NCBI RefSeq assembly: GCF_009914755.1 | Contig: NC_060935.1 | DNA from: the human T2T-CHM13v2.0 reference genome, Homo sapiens | Direction: 5' to 3' (one strand) | DNA length: 64,000 nt | Shown here: one piece after another, positions 41,947 to 59,950 of the stretch | Numbering within the stretch: position 1 is the first letter of the stretch | Layout of the letters: each line of letters starts with the position of its first letter | Translations under genes and position numbers: made by a program | The notes under the pieces: generated by a model | Databases searched by the model: none | Told to the model about the DNA's origin: nothing | The model's input: the letters and a program-made list of their open reading frames with translations, nothing else

Positions 41947-44900
41947 TTTTGCTTTTCATGTCTTTTCGGCAAATGTTTCCATTTTTAACCCTTCAGTGTC
42001 TTTATGTTTTAAGTGTATCTCTTATAAAGAACACAGAACTAGATTTTATATCTTTGTTCCATATTTATATTTTGTCTATGCTGTTCTAAATAATTTAGTT
42101 TAAGTTTTCATTTATATTTCTTTGTACTTGTAAAGAAATAGATTTTTGTTTGTTGATTTTGTCTAGGTATCTTGCTAAATTCACTAATAATTCTAATAAT
42201 TTATCTATAGATAATTTTTTCTTTGAACACTGTCATACCATATCTGAAGTAATACAGTTTTATTTGTTCTTTCTAATTTTAATACTTTTTTTCTCCTTAC
42301 TAGTACTCTTGCAAGGATCACTAGATCAGTGTTGAATAGAACTGGTTGTATTTATAATTACTTCTTTCCAAATTCAAGGCAGAAGCTATCAATATTTCTA
42401 AAAGGAAATGATGTTTTCTTTTAATTATTTTAAAACTGTACCATTTATCAGAATAAGAAAGTTTCCTTCTACTCTCAATTCGCTATGTGCTTTTTATTAT
42501 TAATGAGGATTAAATTATGTCAACTGCTTTTTCTGCCTCTATTAAAATGATTGTATTTTTTTCTTGTTTTCTCCCCATTGTGGTAAACTATGATGATTGA
42601 TTTTATAATGTAACCAACCTTGCCTACGTTGACTAAAGTCCACTTGGTCTGTGATATATTACCGTTTTGATATATCACTGGATTCTGCTTTCTATCATTT
42701 TATTACTTATTTTTCTATCTATGCTTTTGAATGTTTATGAGAGAGATTAGTTATAATGTCCTTGTTACAATTTTTAATTCAGGCAATTGGCTTTTTAAAA
42801 TGAATTATGGGATAGTCATTTTTTCAATATTCTAAACAAATTTTTGCAATATTGATAATGTTTCTTAAATCATTTAGAAAAAGTTACTGATGAAGTTAAC
42901 AAGGCCTGAGGACATTTGTATTTATAATGCATAATTATTTTATAGTAAATTAACACCCTTCTCTACTAGATACAGGAATATTCAGATTTTCTATTTCTTC
43001 TTTTTTCAATATTGGTAAATTACCACCCTCTCCCCTCCCCCAGGGGTGTCCTAGTCAAGACTGATTGCAATAATGCTAAATAACCCCGAAACTGAGTGGT
43101 TTGCCATCAGCATTGGTTTTGCTGTTGTTTTCATAGATCTGTAGGTCAGATGTGGTTCTATATTGTAGCTTAGGTTTAGGCCGGCTTCGCAAACCTATTT
43201 CAGTCTACATACGGCCTGTTTTTCTTCTGGTTGATTAAAAAAAGATAAGCAACAAAGCCAAACCATGCAAACTCATCTAAGACACTGGATGGCAGTTCAT
43301 GCTTCATTAGACAAATTAAGGCACAAGGCCAAGCCCAAACTGTGTGTGTGGGATGCATAGATCAAGAGCGTGGACGATGTCAAGCAGGAAGAAAAAAACG
43401 AGTGCTACCAAGATATCGTTTATGTCATCACAAATTTCTGATTTGTTATCATAACATATATTGTTACATAGTCACTATTTTAAAATTTGCTAGTGATATC
43501 TCTTATTTCATTTCTGATCTTGTCAATCTGTATTTTTCTGCTTTATTTTCTTTTTCAGTCTTGCATGAGGTCTATCAATTTAATTATTGGTTTCAAAGTA
43601 CCAAGTTTTCATTGTATTAATTTCTATTCTGCATATTTAAAAAATATATTCATTTATACATTTATCCTTTGTTTTTTGTACTTCCTATGGGCTTAATTTG
43701 TTAGTATTTTTTTTCCAGTGACTGGAGATACACTCTTAGATAATTGATTTTTCAGATATAAATATCCTTCTAAACACATATTTTGTACATCTGATAAGTT
43801 TTGGTATGTAATCTTTTTATTATTATCCAGTTTAAAATATTTTTAATTTACTCTGTGATTTCTTCTTGACCTATAGTTTATTTAAAAGCATATTGGTTAA
43901 TTTCATAATAGAGATTTTCTCCCTATCTTTATTCACTTATTTGCAGCTTAAATTCATTTTGGTCAGGCAATACATTCTGAAGATCTTAATTCTTTGAAAT
44001 TTATTGAGGCTTGGGTTATGATCCAGCATTTGGCCAATTTGGGAGAAATTTTTCTACATGAAGGTGAGAAGAATGCCTATTCTGTGTCCATCTTAGTGTT
44101 TTAATTGGATTTAATCTAATTTGCATTTGATGAAATTGTTAACATAGTTAAGTATCTATTCACCACTTTGCTATTTGTTTTATCTTTGTTCCAGTAACTT
44201 GTGTTTGTTTATTTTAGCCTACTTTTGGATTAATCAGACATTATAATTTATTTTTGTTTTCATCTGTTTGATTATGCATATATTTTACTTAATTTCCACG
44301 GTAAATATGGAGATTGCAACATGCTGTCCCAGGTTCAATAGAACTTAAAAAAATCATTTGAGAAGGCATAAACCACATGATACTGTAACTGTATTAAATT
44401 CTTCTTTTATGTTAATATTACTTTGCAGTTTAATTCTTTATATGTTTTGACACCATTAACAACAGTTTGGCTATTACTGTGCTCCACCTGCTTTCTTCTG
44501 GCTCTGGTTTGTCCTTGCTCCAAGTTTTCCAAATAGCAGCCTGGAATGCTCACTAAGGCCTCTTTCCACTGGCAGACCTCAAAACCTGATCTTTTTATTC
44601 TCTGCAATGTGAAACTACCAAAAACACCACTCTGCTTATACAAGGACCTTTTGTTTGGTCTCTTAGCCTTCTGTCCCAAGCAGCTTCAGAATTTGTTCTA
44701 CATCTTGAAAGAAAAACAAAATGATAACATTAGGTTCTGATCTTCACCTTTCCCTTCTCACTTAAGCATCTGGCCCCTCAAGTGTGTAATTTTTTCTTTC
44801 TTTACTGTCAGAAGATGCCCTGTTTTCTCCACCTACTGGTTATTGTCTCTGGGCTGAAGATCTTTGGCTTGGCCATCAGGCTGTTGTTCTGCACCACAAA

Positions 44901-45459
44901 TTAACGAATACAGCGAGGTAAAAACCTGTTGCAGAGTGTCAGTTCATTCTGAGGTTTCCCATTTTTCCCAATTTTTTTCCTCTTAAAACCTGACTACCTT
45001 TTTCATTCTAAGATTTCCTCAAATAGATGTTTGTCTGTATTTTATTCTCTTTTTCAGTTAATCTTGGCAAGACCATTGCTCTGCCACAGGCTGTTCATCA
45101 TGCGTGAAACTAGTTGGATGTGCCTCTGTCACATTGTAAATTTCAGTTATTTATTTTTATGTATGAAATTTCATTAGATGCTTTAAAAAATCTACTTGTC
45201 AGACTTTCAGTATTTTGCTTTCTTTAAACATACTGAGCACACTAATTATCTATGATTTTTTTCTAACTTCAGCATCTGAATTCTTCACAGGCCTGATTCT
45301 GATGTCAGTTGTTTCTGCTGTCTCCCCATCAGAGTTCCTTGTTTTCTTGTGAGTTCTGGCATTTTTACTATAAGCTCATGCTCTTTGGAACTTTATCTGT
45401 TTATCTATGGGAACTTTTTGATGCTAGAGTTGAAGCTGTGCTGTTTCAGAGAGGATTTT

Positions 45460-45850
<391 letters not shown>

Positions 45851-48128
45851 TCAGCATTTGGCCTCAGGATCAAAAGCCGACTTCAGCTGTCATTGACCTC
45901 TATGAATTTCCCTTTTTATTCTCGTTTTGAGCTTTCTGGATTTTTTTTGCCTTATTGCCAAATCAATGGCACATTTAATATATTTAACCTTTTAGTGTAA
46001 AGTTAAAAACATATATAGAGTACTGCACAAACATGTATAGGTTAAGATATAAAGTAAACATCCTTATACAAACACTCAGGACAAGAAATAGGACTTGACC
46101 ACCATATCCATCTGCTCTACATCAACCACATATCCTTCTTTTCCCTCCAAAAGTAGTCATTATCCTGACTTTTATACTATTCATGTTCTTGGATTTCTAT
46201 GCAGCTTAATCACCCAAGGGTGCATTCGTAGACATTAAAATTTAGTTGTGTTAATCTTTTATTTCCTTTTTTCTTACTCTTTAATTTATGACCGCCCCCT
46301 TTTCTTTACAATTATCTATTGAAAACAAACACTTACAGCACGGATTTTGCTGATTGTCTATTCATGGTGAGGTTTCCACATCTTCCTCTGTCCTCTATGT
46401 TTCCTGCAGGTTGTTCCCTGGGTCCAGAGGCTGAATCCCTTTGGCAGGTCTGTAGGAGGTGATGTGCACTTTCACCAAGGGCCACACAGTGTCTGGTTGT
46501 CTGTCTCTATGTGATACTAGCATCTGTTTATTCTCAATGCATTGATCTATTCATTAATCAGGGGTGGTAAATGGTGATATTTTTATTTTATCATTTCATT
46601 TGCATTGTAAATTTGAATAATTTTATAAAGAGATACTTCTGTTTATCAATTAGATGATTTTCTAGTGATGCAGTTTACATAGGACAGGGAGAATACATGT
46701 TTACTTTGTTTATGTACCAATGTTTACTGTAATGCATTAGTTTCTTACTCACCTGAGGCGATTATAGTACAAACATGCACACATATACACACACAGACAT
46801 GCGTTGTTACTGTGTGTATATATACATATATATGTGAACCCATAGATTTAAATATATTTGATAAATTTAAATCTATTAAAAGCATTACCTTTACTGAAAC
46901 AAAAATTGTTTCATCTTTAGCCACTGAGTCTCTTCAAGTCATTTCTGAAGCCCTTGCAAAAGGACCCTGGATGCTTCAGGCTCATCTTGTAAATTTCCTG
47001 CCCCAGACTTAGAATCAATTGCTTTTCCATGAAGTTCTGTTTTCTTTTAGTGAGAAGTTATAGTTCGAAACCAAAGTCTAAGTAACAGAAATGCTCATTT
47101 TATTTGGTTGTTCATCATTTATATACCTTCACAAGATACTTATATATATTTTGTCCTGAATTTATTTCTCTGCAGGACAATTGCTTAGGTTATTTTGCCT
47201 AACACATTACAAGAAAATGAAGTCTATTGTCTGCTGGTTAACTGGAGTGTCATACTATATTTCTACAGCATGAATATTAATTTAAAGTTTAATATGCATA
47301 GGCATAGCTAAATTGTATTTTTAAAGATGATCCTTTTTAGGTTTTTTATTCCCCCAAAATACTAGATTTCTATAAGCAATGCTTCCTGTAACTAAATATT
47401 GATATAAAGTCCTAATGATTTCCTTAGTTCGAGTTTCTTTAGATGCAATTGCAGGTACAAATTTGCAGAGTATTCTAACAGCTTTGAAATAGATTTCAAG
47501 CCTCTTTCTGCCTTAAGGGTAGAGAATATAGAAGACACGGACCATGGAACAAGAGTGTTCTAATATTTCTCACTGTAAAATAACCTAATGGCAGTCTGTT
47601 TTATCCATAAGTAAAATAGGAACTTGGTCAATATATTAGATGCCCCTAGAGCCTAATCAGTACTAAGCAAACTGACAAAGGTCAGTTCCTGAATCTTTAA
47701 CTAGAAGAAGCAAGCTTTGGATCTAGGTTGATTCAGTTACAGGAGGCTTAGCCGGAGCAGCCGGACAGTACATAAGACACGTTCCTCTCTTGGCTGGGCC
47801 AAGAACCAAAGCGATAAATGTGCGGAAACAGCCCCTTCAGTGTGGAGGCTCCAAACAGTTACCTATGGAGACCATGTATACCTCTCCTCCTCTGCTGCTC
47901 CACCACCTAGAGGCAGCTGGCCTCTGGATATGACTCCCTCCTCACTCTACTCCTATTCCTAACGTTTTCTCAGTGCCAGCAACACAGACTTCATTCGCTT
48001 AGTTGTTCCACGCCCCCCAAATTAGCAGGGAGTAGTGTGTACAAGGGCCTGTGTGCACACAGCAACTGGGAAGAAAATCTTGCTTTGTCCTTGGTGTGGA
48101 GCCCCCGGATGTTAAGAAAAGCATAGAT

Positions 48129-49036
48129 GGAGGGAGGAGCCAAGATGGCCGAATAGGAACAGCTCAGGTCTACAGCTCCCAGCGTGAGCGACGCAGAAGA
48201 CGGGTGATTTCTGCATTTCCAACTGAGGTACCGGGTTTATCTCACTAGGGAGTGCCAGACAGTGGGCACAGGTCAGTGGGTGCGTGCACCGTGCGCGAGC
48301 CGAAGCAGGGCGAGGTATTGCCTCACTTGGGAAGCGCAAGGGGTCAGGGAGTTCCCTTTCCGAGTCAAAGAAAGGGGTGACTGAGGGCACCTGGAAAATC
48401 GGGTCACTCCCACCCGAATACTGTGCTTTTCCGACGGGCTTAAAAAACGGCCCACCACGAGAGTATATCCCGCACCTGGCTCGGAGGGTCGGACGCCCAC
48501 GGAGTCTCGCTGATTGCTAGCACAGCAGTCTGAGATCAAACTGCAAGGCGGCAGCGAGGCTGGGGGAGGGGCGCCTGCCATTGCCCAGGCTTGATTAGGT
48601 AAACAAAGCAGCCGGGAAGCTCGAACTGGGTGGAGCCCACCACAGTTCAAGGAGGTCTGTCTGCCTCTGTAGGCTCCACCTCTGGGGGCAGGGCACAGAC
48701 AAACAAAAAGACAGCAGTAACCTCTGCAGACTTAAATGTCCCTGTCTGACAGCTTTGAAGAGAGCAGTGATTCTCCCAGCACGCAGCTGGAGATCTGAGA
48801 ACCAGCAGACTGCCTCCTCAAGTGGGTCTCTGACCCCTGACCCCTGAGCAGCCTAACTGGGAGGCACCCCCCAGCAGGAGCACACTGACACCTCACACGG
48901 CGGGGTATTCCAACAGACCTGCAGCTGAGGGTCCTGTCTGTTAGAAGGAAAACTAACAAACAGAAAGGACATCCACACCAAAAACCCATCTGTACATCAC
49001 CATCATCAAAGACCAAAAGTAGGTAAAACCACAAAG
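48129..49036. promoter_or_regulatory. L1 5'UTR: sense promoter and antisense promoter
   Basis: YY1 site CAAGATGGCC at 48141-48150; CpG-rich; SOX-type AAACAAA at 48601 and 48701. Short-form UTR (cacggcggggtattccaacagacc). Confidence 0.9.
48273..48581 (-). CDS. ORF0: LINE-1 antisense ORF0, open, 102 aa
   Basis: MAGAPPPASLPPCSLISDCCASNQRDSVGV... matches the primate L1 ORF0 N-terminus. ATG at 48581; no stop until 48273. Confidence 0.75.
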   Translation of the reverse strand: MAGAPPPASLPPCSLISDCCASNQRDSVGVRPSEPGAGYTLVVGRFLSPSEKHSIRVGVTRFSRCPQSPLSLTRKGNSLTPCASQVRQYLALLRLAHGARTH

Positions 49037-50051
49037 ATGGGGAAAAAACAGAACAGAAAAACTGGAAACTCTAAAAAGCAGAGCGTCTCTCCCCTCCAAA
49101 GGAACGCAGTTCCTCACCAGCAACGGAACAAAGCTGGACAGAGAATGACTTTGACGAGCTGAGAGAAGAAGGCTTCAGACGATCAAATTACTCTGAGCTA
49201 CGGGAGGACATTCAAACCAAAGGCAAAGAAGTTGAAAACTTTGAAAAAATTTAGAAGAATGTATAACTAGAATAACCAATACAGAGAAGTGCTTAAAGGA
49301 GCTGATGGAGCTGAAAACCAAGGCTCGAGAACTACATGAAGAATGCAGAAGCCTCAGGAGCCGATGCGATAAACTGGAAGAAAGGGTATCAGCAATGGAA
49401 GATGAAATGAATGAAATGAAGCGAGAAGGGAAGTTTAGAGAAAAAAGAATAAAAAGAAATGAGCAAAGCCTCCAAGAAATATGGGACTATGTGAAAAGAC
49501 CAAATCTACGTCTGATTGGTGTACCTGAAAGTGATGGGGAGAATGGAACCAAGTTGGAAAACACTCTGCAGGATATTATCCAGGAGAACTTCCCCAATCT
49601 AGCAAGGCAGGCCAACGTTCAGATTCAGGAAATACAGAGAACGCCACAAAGATACTCCTCAAGAAGAGCAACTCCAAGACACATAATTGTCAGATTCACC
49701 AAAGTTGAAATGAAGGAAAAAATGTTAAGGGCAGCCAGAGAGAAAGGTCAGGTTACCCTCAAAGGGAAGCCCATCAGACTAACAGCGGATCTCTCGGCAG
49801 AAACCCTACAAGCCAGAAGAGAGTGGGGGCCAATATTCAACATTCTTAAACAAAAGAATTTTCAACCCAGAATTTCATATCCAGCCAAACTAAGCTTCAT
49901 AAGTGAAGGAGAAATAAAATACTTTACAGACAAGCAAATGCTGAGAGATTTTGTCACCACCAGGCCTACCCTAAAAGAGCTCCTGAAGGAAGCACTAAAC
50001 ATGGAAAGGAACAACTGATACCAGCCGCTGCAAAATCATGCCAAAATGTAA
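49037..50051 (+). pseudogene. ORF1: L1 ORF1p (RNA-binding chaperone), disrupted
   Basis: ATGGGGAAAAAACAG at 49037. Apparent 1-nt deletions near 49090 and 49248; premature TGA at 50016-50018. The 49305-50018 translation is clearly ORF1p. Confidence 0.93.
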
Positions 50052-50099
50052 AGACCATCGAGACTAGGAAGAAACTGCATCAACTAACGAGCAAAATAA

Positions 50100-53939
<3,840 letters not shown>

Positions 53940-54196
53940 ACAATGAGAACACATGGACACAGGAAGGGGAACATCACACTCTGGGGACTGTTGTGGGGTT
54001 GGGGGAGGCGGGAGGGATAGCATTGGGAGATAAACCTAATGCTAGATGACGAGTTAGTGGGTGCAGCACACCAGCATGGCACATGTATACATATGTAACT
54101 AACCTGCACAATGTGCACATATACCCTAAAACTTAAAGTATAATAATAAAAAAAAAAGTAAAAAAAAAGAAAAAAAAAAAAAAGAAAAGCATAGAT

Positions 54197-54620
54197 TTCT
54201 CAGGAAGGGGGGCGTGGGCTCCGCATCTGACAGCCATTTCACAAGGCGCGACATCATGAAGGAAGGGGGTCAGGTATTAACACAGCTGGCAACCCACAGT
54301 GTTAAATTGTCCGTAAAAGCAGTTGTTAAAGCTGGGTGAAAAAAAAATAAAAAAAATAAAAAAATAAAATGCAGCCCTTCTGCAGACACTCCATGGGCTG
54401 CTTATTCAGGAATTTTACAAAAGCTCAAGGCCCTAATGAGGCCTCTGGTACTCCTCAGCGGCCGGCTCAGCGTGACCGGCCGGCCACGTGATCCCTGTAC
54501 ATTGAGGCCTAATTGATAAGGTTTTGATGCTTAAATGGAGCGTTGATTGCAGGAGTTTCAAGGAACTGCTGTCAGTTAGGGCTCCGGGGTGAGGGGAAAT
54601 TTTTACACTTCATTCCCAGA
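54197..54620. promoter_or_regulatory. Candidate enhancer/promoter-like unique element
   Basis: About a dozen CpGs in ~400 bp. TTCTCAGGAA (STAT-type) at 54197, GGGGCGTGG (SP/KLF) ~54209, CACGTG at 54485-54490, and TAATTGATAAG. Motif evidence only. Confidence 0.45.
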
Positions 54621-55285
54621 GCTTAGCTAATGACTGTTATGAAATGAAAACTAACTTAGGGAGAAATGGAAAAGGGGAGAGGAACGAATGCCTCTGGGTC
54701 CAATTCTGTAATCTGATAGTCCTTTAGCTGAAAGCGGCTGGAGAACAAAATACCCCTGGAATACCTTTTGCTCATTCAACTCCTGAAGAGCAGTCAGCTT
54801 GTTTCAGTTCAGATTGTAGACGGCGCATCTGCTTCTGTAAGGTTACATTAATTGGAAAAGCAAATGCCTTAAAAATGAGGTGCTGTAGTCGCATCTTGAT
54901 GAATTGTAAAATGTTTCCCCTGTGGTGTAGAAGCAGTCAAACTGGCTCCTATGCTGGTTCAGCCACTTACTAGCTTTGGGCTGGTTTCTTCCTTCTGTAA
55001 GACTCATTTTCCCCAACAGTGACATTTGAGGTGAATTGGCACCTTAAACTTACAGCATTATTATGACAATTCCTCACCTTCATTTCTTCATGACCCCTTC
55101 CTTTTTGCTGTTAGTGGTGGCAGGTGAGCTGGTTGTTCTGTATGAAGAATAATATCAACCACCAACGCAACAATCACAACTTACTTTTATCTTGTGCATT
55201 CCATATACCAGGCGCTGTGCTCAAACTTGATCATCCCCTGTTATCCTGGTACGATCCCAAGATGCTACTGTGTGATTAACACCCT

Positions 55286-56007
55286 TGTCGTAGACACAGC
55301 TTGTCATGAGTGGCGCAAGGTCAGACATAACCAGGTCCACGCATGTTTGTGTCATTCCAGAAAATCAGACTTTTATTGATGCAATTTCAATCATAAAAGC
55401 CACAAGCTACAAGGAATTCCCAAGGTCATTTCTCTTTAGGACGTCCTGTTCACTCAGTAGTCAGAGCTGTGGGCACGCAGGCTCAAGCCATTTCACAAGT
55501 CAGTCAATACTGCAAACCATGCATAATAGTGTACTTAATCAATATATAAATGTTATAGATTAAACATTTCCCATCAAACAAAGTAACATTTAACATGAAG
55601 AGAAAAAGAGATAGAAAAAAAATGCTTAATAAACCAGTCCACGGAGAGTGACGTGGATAAGGAGTGTCTTGGCCTGATCCGGATGGATGGCAATGTCTTG
55701 CAAGGAACAGTCTCTGATTTGGGCAGAGCCTTCAGCCATAGATGCTGAGTGCTGATCATGAATGACAGCAAGATGGGGTCAGTCAAGACACCTGTCTCAA
55801 GCTGGTGAAGTCCTGCTCTTTTTATTGCCAGAGTGCTCTGGTGAGGACTGATAGTGAAAGAGTATGCCTGCTTATGTTCTTATCTGGTTGGGTGCAGTTT
55901 TTATTGATTAGGTGAATATCTGGTCCTAGTTGGCATGATACCATTTGAAACGTAAAATGGAATCTTTTTCTAAGATGGAGTCACCTATGTTAAGGGTGCT
56001 CTATACA
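55286..56007 (-). mobile_element. ERV solo LTR, family not determined
   Basis: Minus strand begins TGTATAGAGCACCCTTAACATAGGTGACTCCATCTTAG and ends CA; AATAAA lies ~85 bp from the end. Flanks CACCCT / CACCT. Confidence 0.7.
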
Positions 56008-56453
56008 CACCTCTTCCTACAATTTGCTTCCTTCCTTTCTCATCTCTCTTCTCCATTTCTGGGCTAGAGCTTGCTCTAAGCATGAGTTCTAGCAGCCAGG
56101 GTTGCTGTGGGGACAGTCGGGCTCCTGCCAGTGTGGGCTTGACATCCAGGGCTGTGGATGTCCAGGTTCTCAGCGAAGCTGTGTCAAGAAGCAAGGGAAG
56201 CTCTGAATAACAAGGTCCATGTGTAGGGAGATTCAGATCTGAGGTTAAAAATCTGTAGTACTGAATTGTCAAGATAGCTCAAAGAGGAGTCAGGGAAAGA
56301 CCCTGGAAATATTCCAAAAGCCAGAGGTATCCAGGGCACAGGAGTCTTCATGGTGTGTCTGTGACTGAGCCTGCGAGGAGGATGGCTGTGAGGCATTTCC
56401 CACAGGAACAAGCTTCCAGACTCCTCGATGAGACATGGCGGTTATTCCCTATG

Positions 56454-56741
56454 CTCATGATTTTTATGATTTATGGTATAAGTGTAGCTTGAAGCTTATC
56501 TCATTACAGGATCTGGTACCATCGCAATACCTTTATTCAAAAATATCTTCCTCATTGCCACATCAATTTGGTGTCTCCTACACCATCCAAACTGCCCTTA
56601 TAAGGTTACCAACATCCCCCGTGTTGACAAGTTAATGAGAGTTCTTAGCTCTTATCTCATCAGACACCTCAGTAGACTTTAACTTAATTAACACTAGCCT
56701 CACTCTTTTCTCTTAGTTCTTGGAACACTCTAGTGTCCTTC
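56454..56741 (+). repeat. Dispersed duplication, copy A (partner 59951-60248)
   Basis: Shared blocks gtataagtgtagc, agcttatctca, gcaatacctttattcaaaaatatct, catccaaactgccct, taaggttaccaac, tgagagttcttagc and ctagtgtccttc. Confidence 0.92.
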
Positions 56742-57656
56742 GTAGTTCTTGGAACACTTTAGTGTCCTTTTAAGTTTAGTTTAGTTTTTGCGGAAACTTT
56801 AGTTCACTGTAAGCAGATTGCGTGGGAGGAGGGCTTATTCAATCTCTCCCCGAGGCTGAACCTTTCTTGTAGACTATGCATTATGATGGACAATGAAGTC
56901 ACGCAGATTCATCATCTGCACAGCATACTCCTATTCACACCTACATCCCTAGAAATAACATTTTAAAAGGTAGCCAAAGGCACTTTCTCACTTTCTCATT
57001 TATCAACCGCTACTCAGCCCAGCGCCATCTGGGTTCTCCCTCTATGTCTTCTAAGAAACTTTGCTTGCCAGGTTCCTAATGACCAGCAACCTAAATCTAA
57101 TGATTGCTTTCTCACCTTCATTTTATATGCCCTTGTTGTAGCATTTGAGATGACTAAAGTGAAGTTCTCACTCATGTTTTCTCTTCTAACACTACAATTC
57201 GTTAGTTTTCTTCCCACACGCTATCTTCTCAACTCACTCATTCAAGCACCTCCCAGCCCCAGTGACGATCCTTTGATATCACAAGGACCTTGGATCCAAT
57301 GACCTGGCTGTGATCATCTATGTTTGTACCACCTGGACTGGTCCTCGTATTTCCTCATCTTTGCTTTCCTGTTTTCCATCTCCTTTTTACTTTCTGCTAC
57401 ATATTCTGTAAGAGATTCTCAATGTTGTCTTCGAAACTTCTCTTTAGTTTTTCTTTCCCAGTATATGATTTTTTTTAGAACGTCCAGGGCCTCCTTTTGG
57501 AGCTCCTAGTGTTTCTTTACTTGACGTCTGTTCCTGTTTCATGGTTGCAATTTATTCTTATTTAAAAGTATAGAGATAAGAGTTTTCTTCTCCTTGCAGA
57601 GTCACTGTTTTCTTTAAGCTGTGTCTGTTTATATTTGTTTTGATCTGTATTTTTCA

Positions 57657-58017
57657 TAAGGTGAGCATATCTAATTAAAAAATCTGAAATAAGAATGCTC
57701 CCAAATCCGAAGCTTTTTGAGTGCTGACTTGATGCCACAAGCAGAAAATTCTACACCTGACCTCATGTGATGAGTCTCAGTCAAAATGTAGTCAAAACTT
57801 TGTTTCATGCACAAAATTATTAAAAATATTATATAAAATCACCTTCAGGCTATGTGTATAAAGTGCATATGAAACATAAATGAATTTCATGTTTAGACTT
57901 GGGTTTCATTCCCAAGTTACCTCATTGTGTATATGCAAATATTCCAAAGTCCAAAAGAATTTTGAAATCAAAAACATGTCTGTCCCAAGCATTTCAGATA
58001 AGGGTTGGTCAACCTGT
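57657..58017. mobile_element. Tigger4b/Zombi-like MITE
   Basis: aggtgagcat...tcaacctg followed by TA; caccttcaggctatgtgtataa...gcaaatattccaaa...tcccaagcatttcagataaggg. Confidence 0.82.
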
Positions 58018-59950
58018 ATAAACTATCCTCAGGTGTTTGGTAGTCCTTAATTACCAGATCCTGTTTTTGAGTCATTGTTACAAAGCTCACTGGAAATTCT
58101 CATAGTGCAGCTGTGGGATGTAGACTTGGGGGAATCAGACTCAGACAGTTAGTGGGAAAACCTCTTGTGTCAATTTCTTTATGTCTTTCCTCTTGGCACA
58201 GTGAAATTCCCCAGAGAAAACTCTACTAGTCTCTTGCTTAGTGAGTGAAGAACTGATTCTCATCATTTATGGGGCTGAATAGAAAATAGGGCATGGGCTA
58301 TCAGTTCCCAGTACCCATGCATGCACTTAAATCCCCTGTTTTTAGTGTACAGACTCGTGTCCTAACTGAACCTATTATCCACGAGTACAGAGCTGCTGTT
58401 TTATTCTCTCAAAATACAAGTCTCAGTTCTTTACCAGGGCGAAGGAAAGACTGTCAGCCTGCTAACCTCAGTTGGTGAGAGGATCTGATTACTGCTCAAA
58501 TCAATTTCCAACCGATCCTCGTTAATTTAGCTCCTTTCCTTCAAACTGGCTTCTGTCATGCATGGTTTCCTCAATTATTGAGACTTTTGGAGGTTCTAGT
58601 ACAAATTGTGTTTGCTGTTGGATATCTCTCCTGCTTGTTTGGAATTCAGTCTTCTCAAGCCTCAGAAATATTCATTGCCATCTGATATGCACTATCCAAA
58701 ATTTCATTATTATTTACCCCTTCCTCATCTTTCCTATCTCTGGAGGGTTTTGCTTTTAAAATACATTTATAGTTATTTTCATGACATTTTAGGAGAAAAA
58801 AAGAAGTTGCTGTAGGTGCCCAATCTACTATCTTTACCTCATCTTCTTTGATTTTTATTCACCTGAATCAGTAGCTTAGCATTCAGAGCCACAAAACTTG
58901 TGAGACCCGTAATTTCTGAAGATATGTTTAGTTCTCATATTTGAATGAGAATATGGCTGGGGATAACACATTTTTCTTCCAAAATTTTTTTTCTTATTAA
59001 TCTATGGATAATTTCCATTTTTTTTCTTGAAACAGGTGGTGGCAGTAATAAATCTTATTTTAATCTCTTCATTCTTGCATAGGTGATCTCTGTAAGCTAT
59101 TATGATTTTCTTTATTTGATGGTGTTCTAAAATTTCTCTACCTTCCCCTTCTGAATTTGCTGTTGAATATATGCTAAAACTTCTGAATCTATCCCTCATA
59201 GTTCTAATTTTTCCTGTGTTTGGAGGATAATTCCTCAGCAGGAGTTTCCAGCTCAGTTATTGGCTCCACAGCTATGTTTACTCTGTTCCTATCCTTAACA
59301 TTGTCTTTTAAGTGCCCTAATGGTACTCAGTGTCTCAGGTCATGAATCCCATCATCTCATGTTGCTATGTTGGAAGTATCCCCATCAGTTGATCCCTGTT
59401 GAAATGTCTGTCCTTCTGGGGCTGTTCTGCCTCAGATATTGAATCATCATTATACATTTATCTTTATTTCTTTACAATGTTGGTTTTCTGTGATGATGGG
59501 AAGATAGTGCTACCTGGGAGCTGTTCAGGTAGCTGCTCTGCTATGAGCACATGCGCCTTTCCTTTGTATCACCAGACACAGGGCACTGCTCCCTTCCAGA
59601 CCCAGCCTTCAGCGATATCTGAGGGTGGGGCTGGTAGAGGAGGCAGAGAGAGAGACCAAATTGCCTGGCTGTTCTTTCTATTATTCTACAACCAAACACC
59701 CACCGACTGGCCCCTTTGTCTCTGCTTTTAAAATCCACCATCTTACGGCATGGGAGGACTCTAAATTCACTCCTACTTTGCCCATCAGCCCCCTCCTGCA
59801 CGGGTTGGACTTGGTGTTCTCATTCTGTCCATCCCATCTACATTCCATTGTGGAGACATTCTTTATACTTCTTAGCCCATTGGTGGCACGCTTTCTCATT
59901 TCCCAGTACTGTTATACATTCTTAAAGTCAATCTTTAAAAATAGATCTTT

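Noticed and set aside
54133-54181. 3' transduction by the L1
   Set aside because: The polyA runs directly into the TSD with no unique sequence between them.
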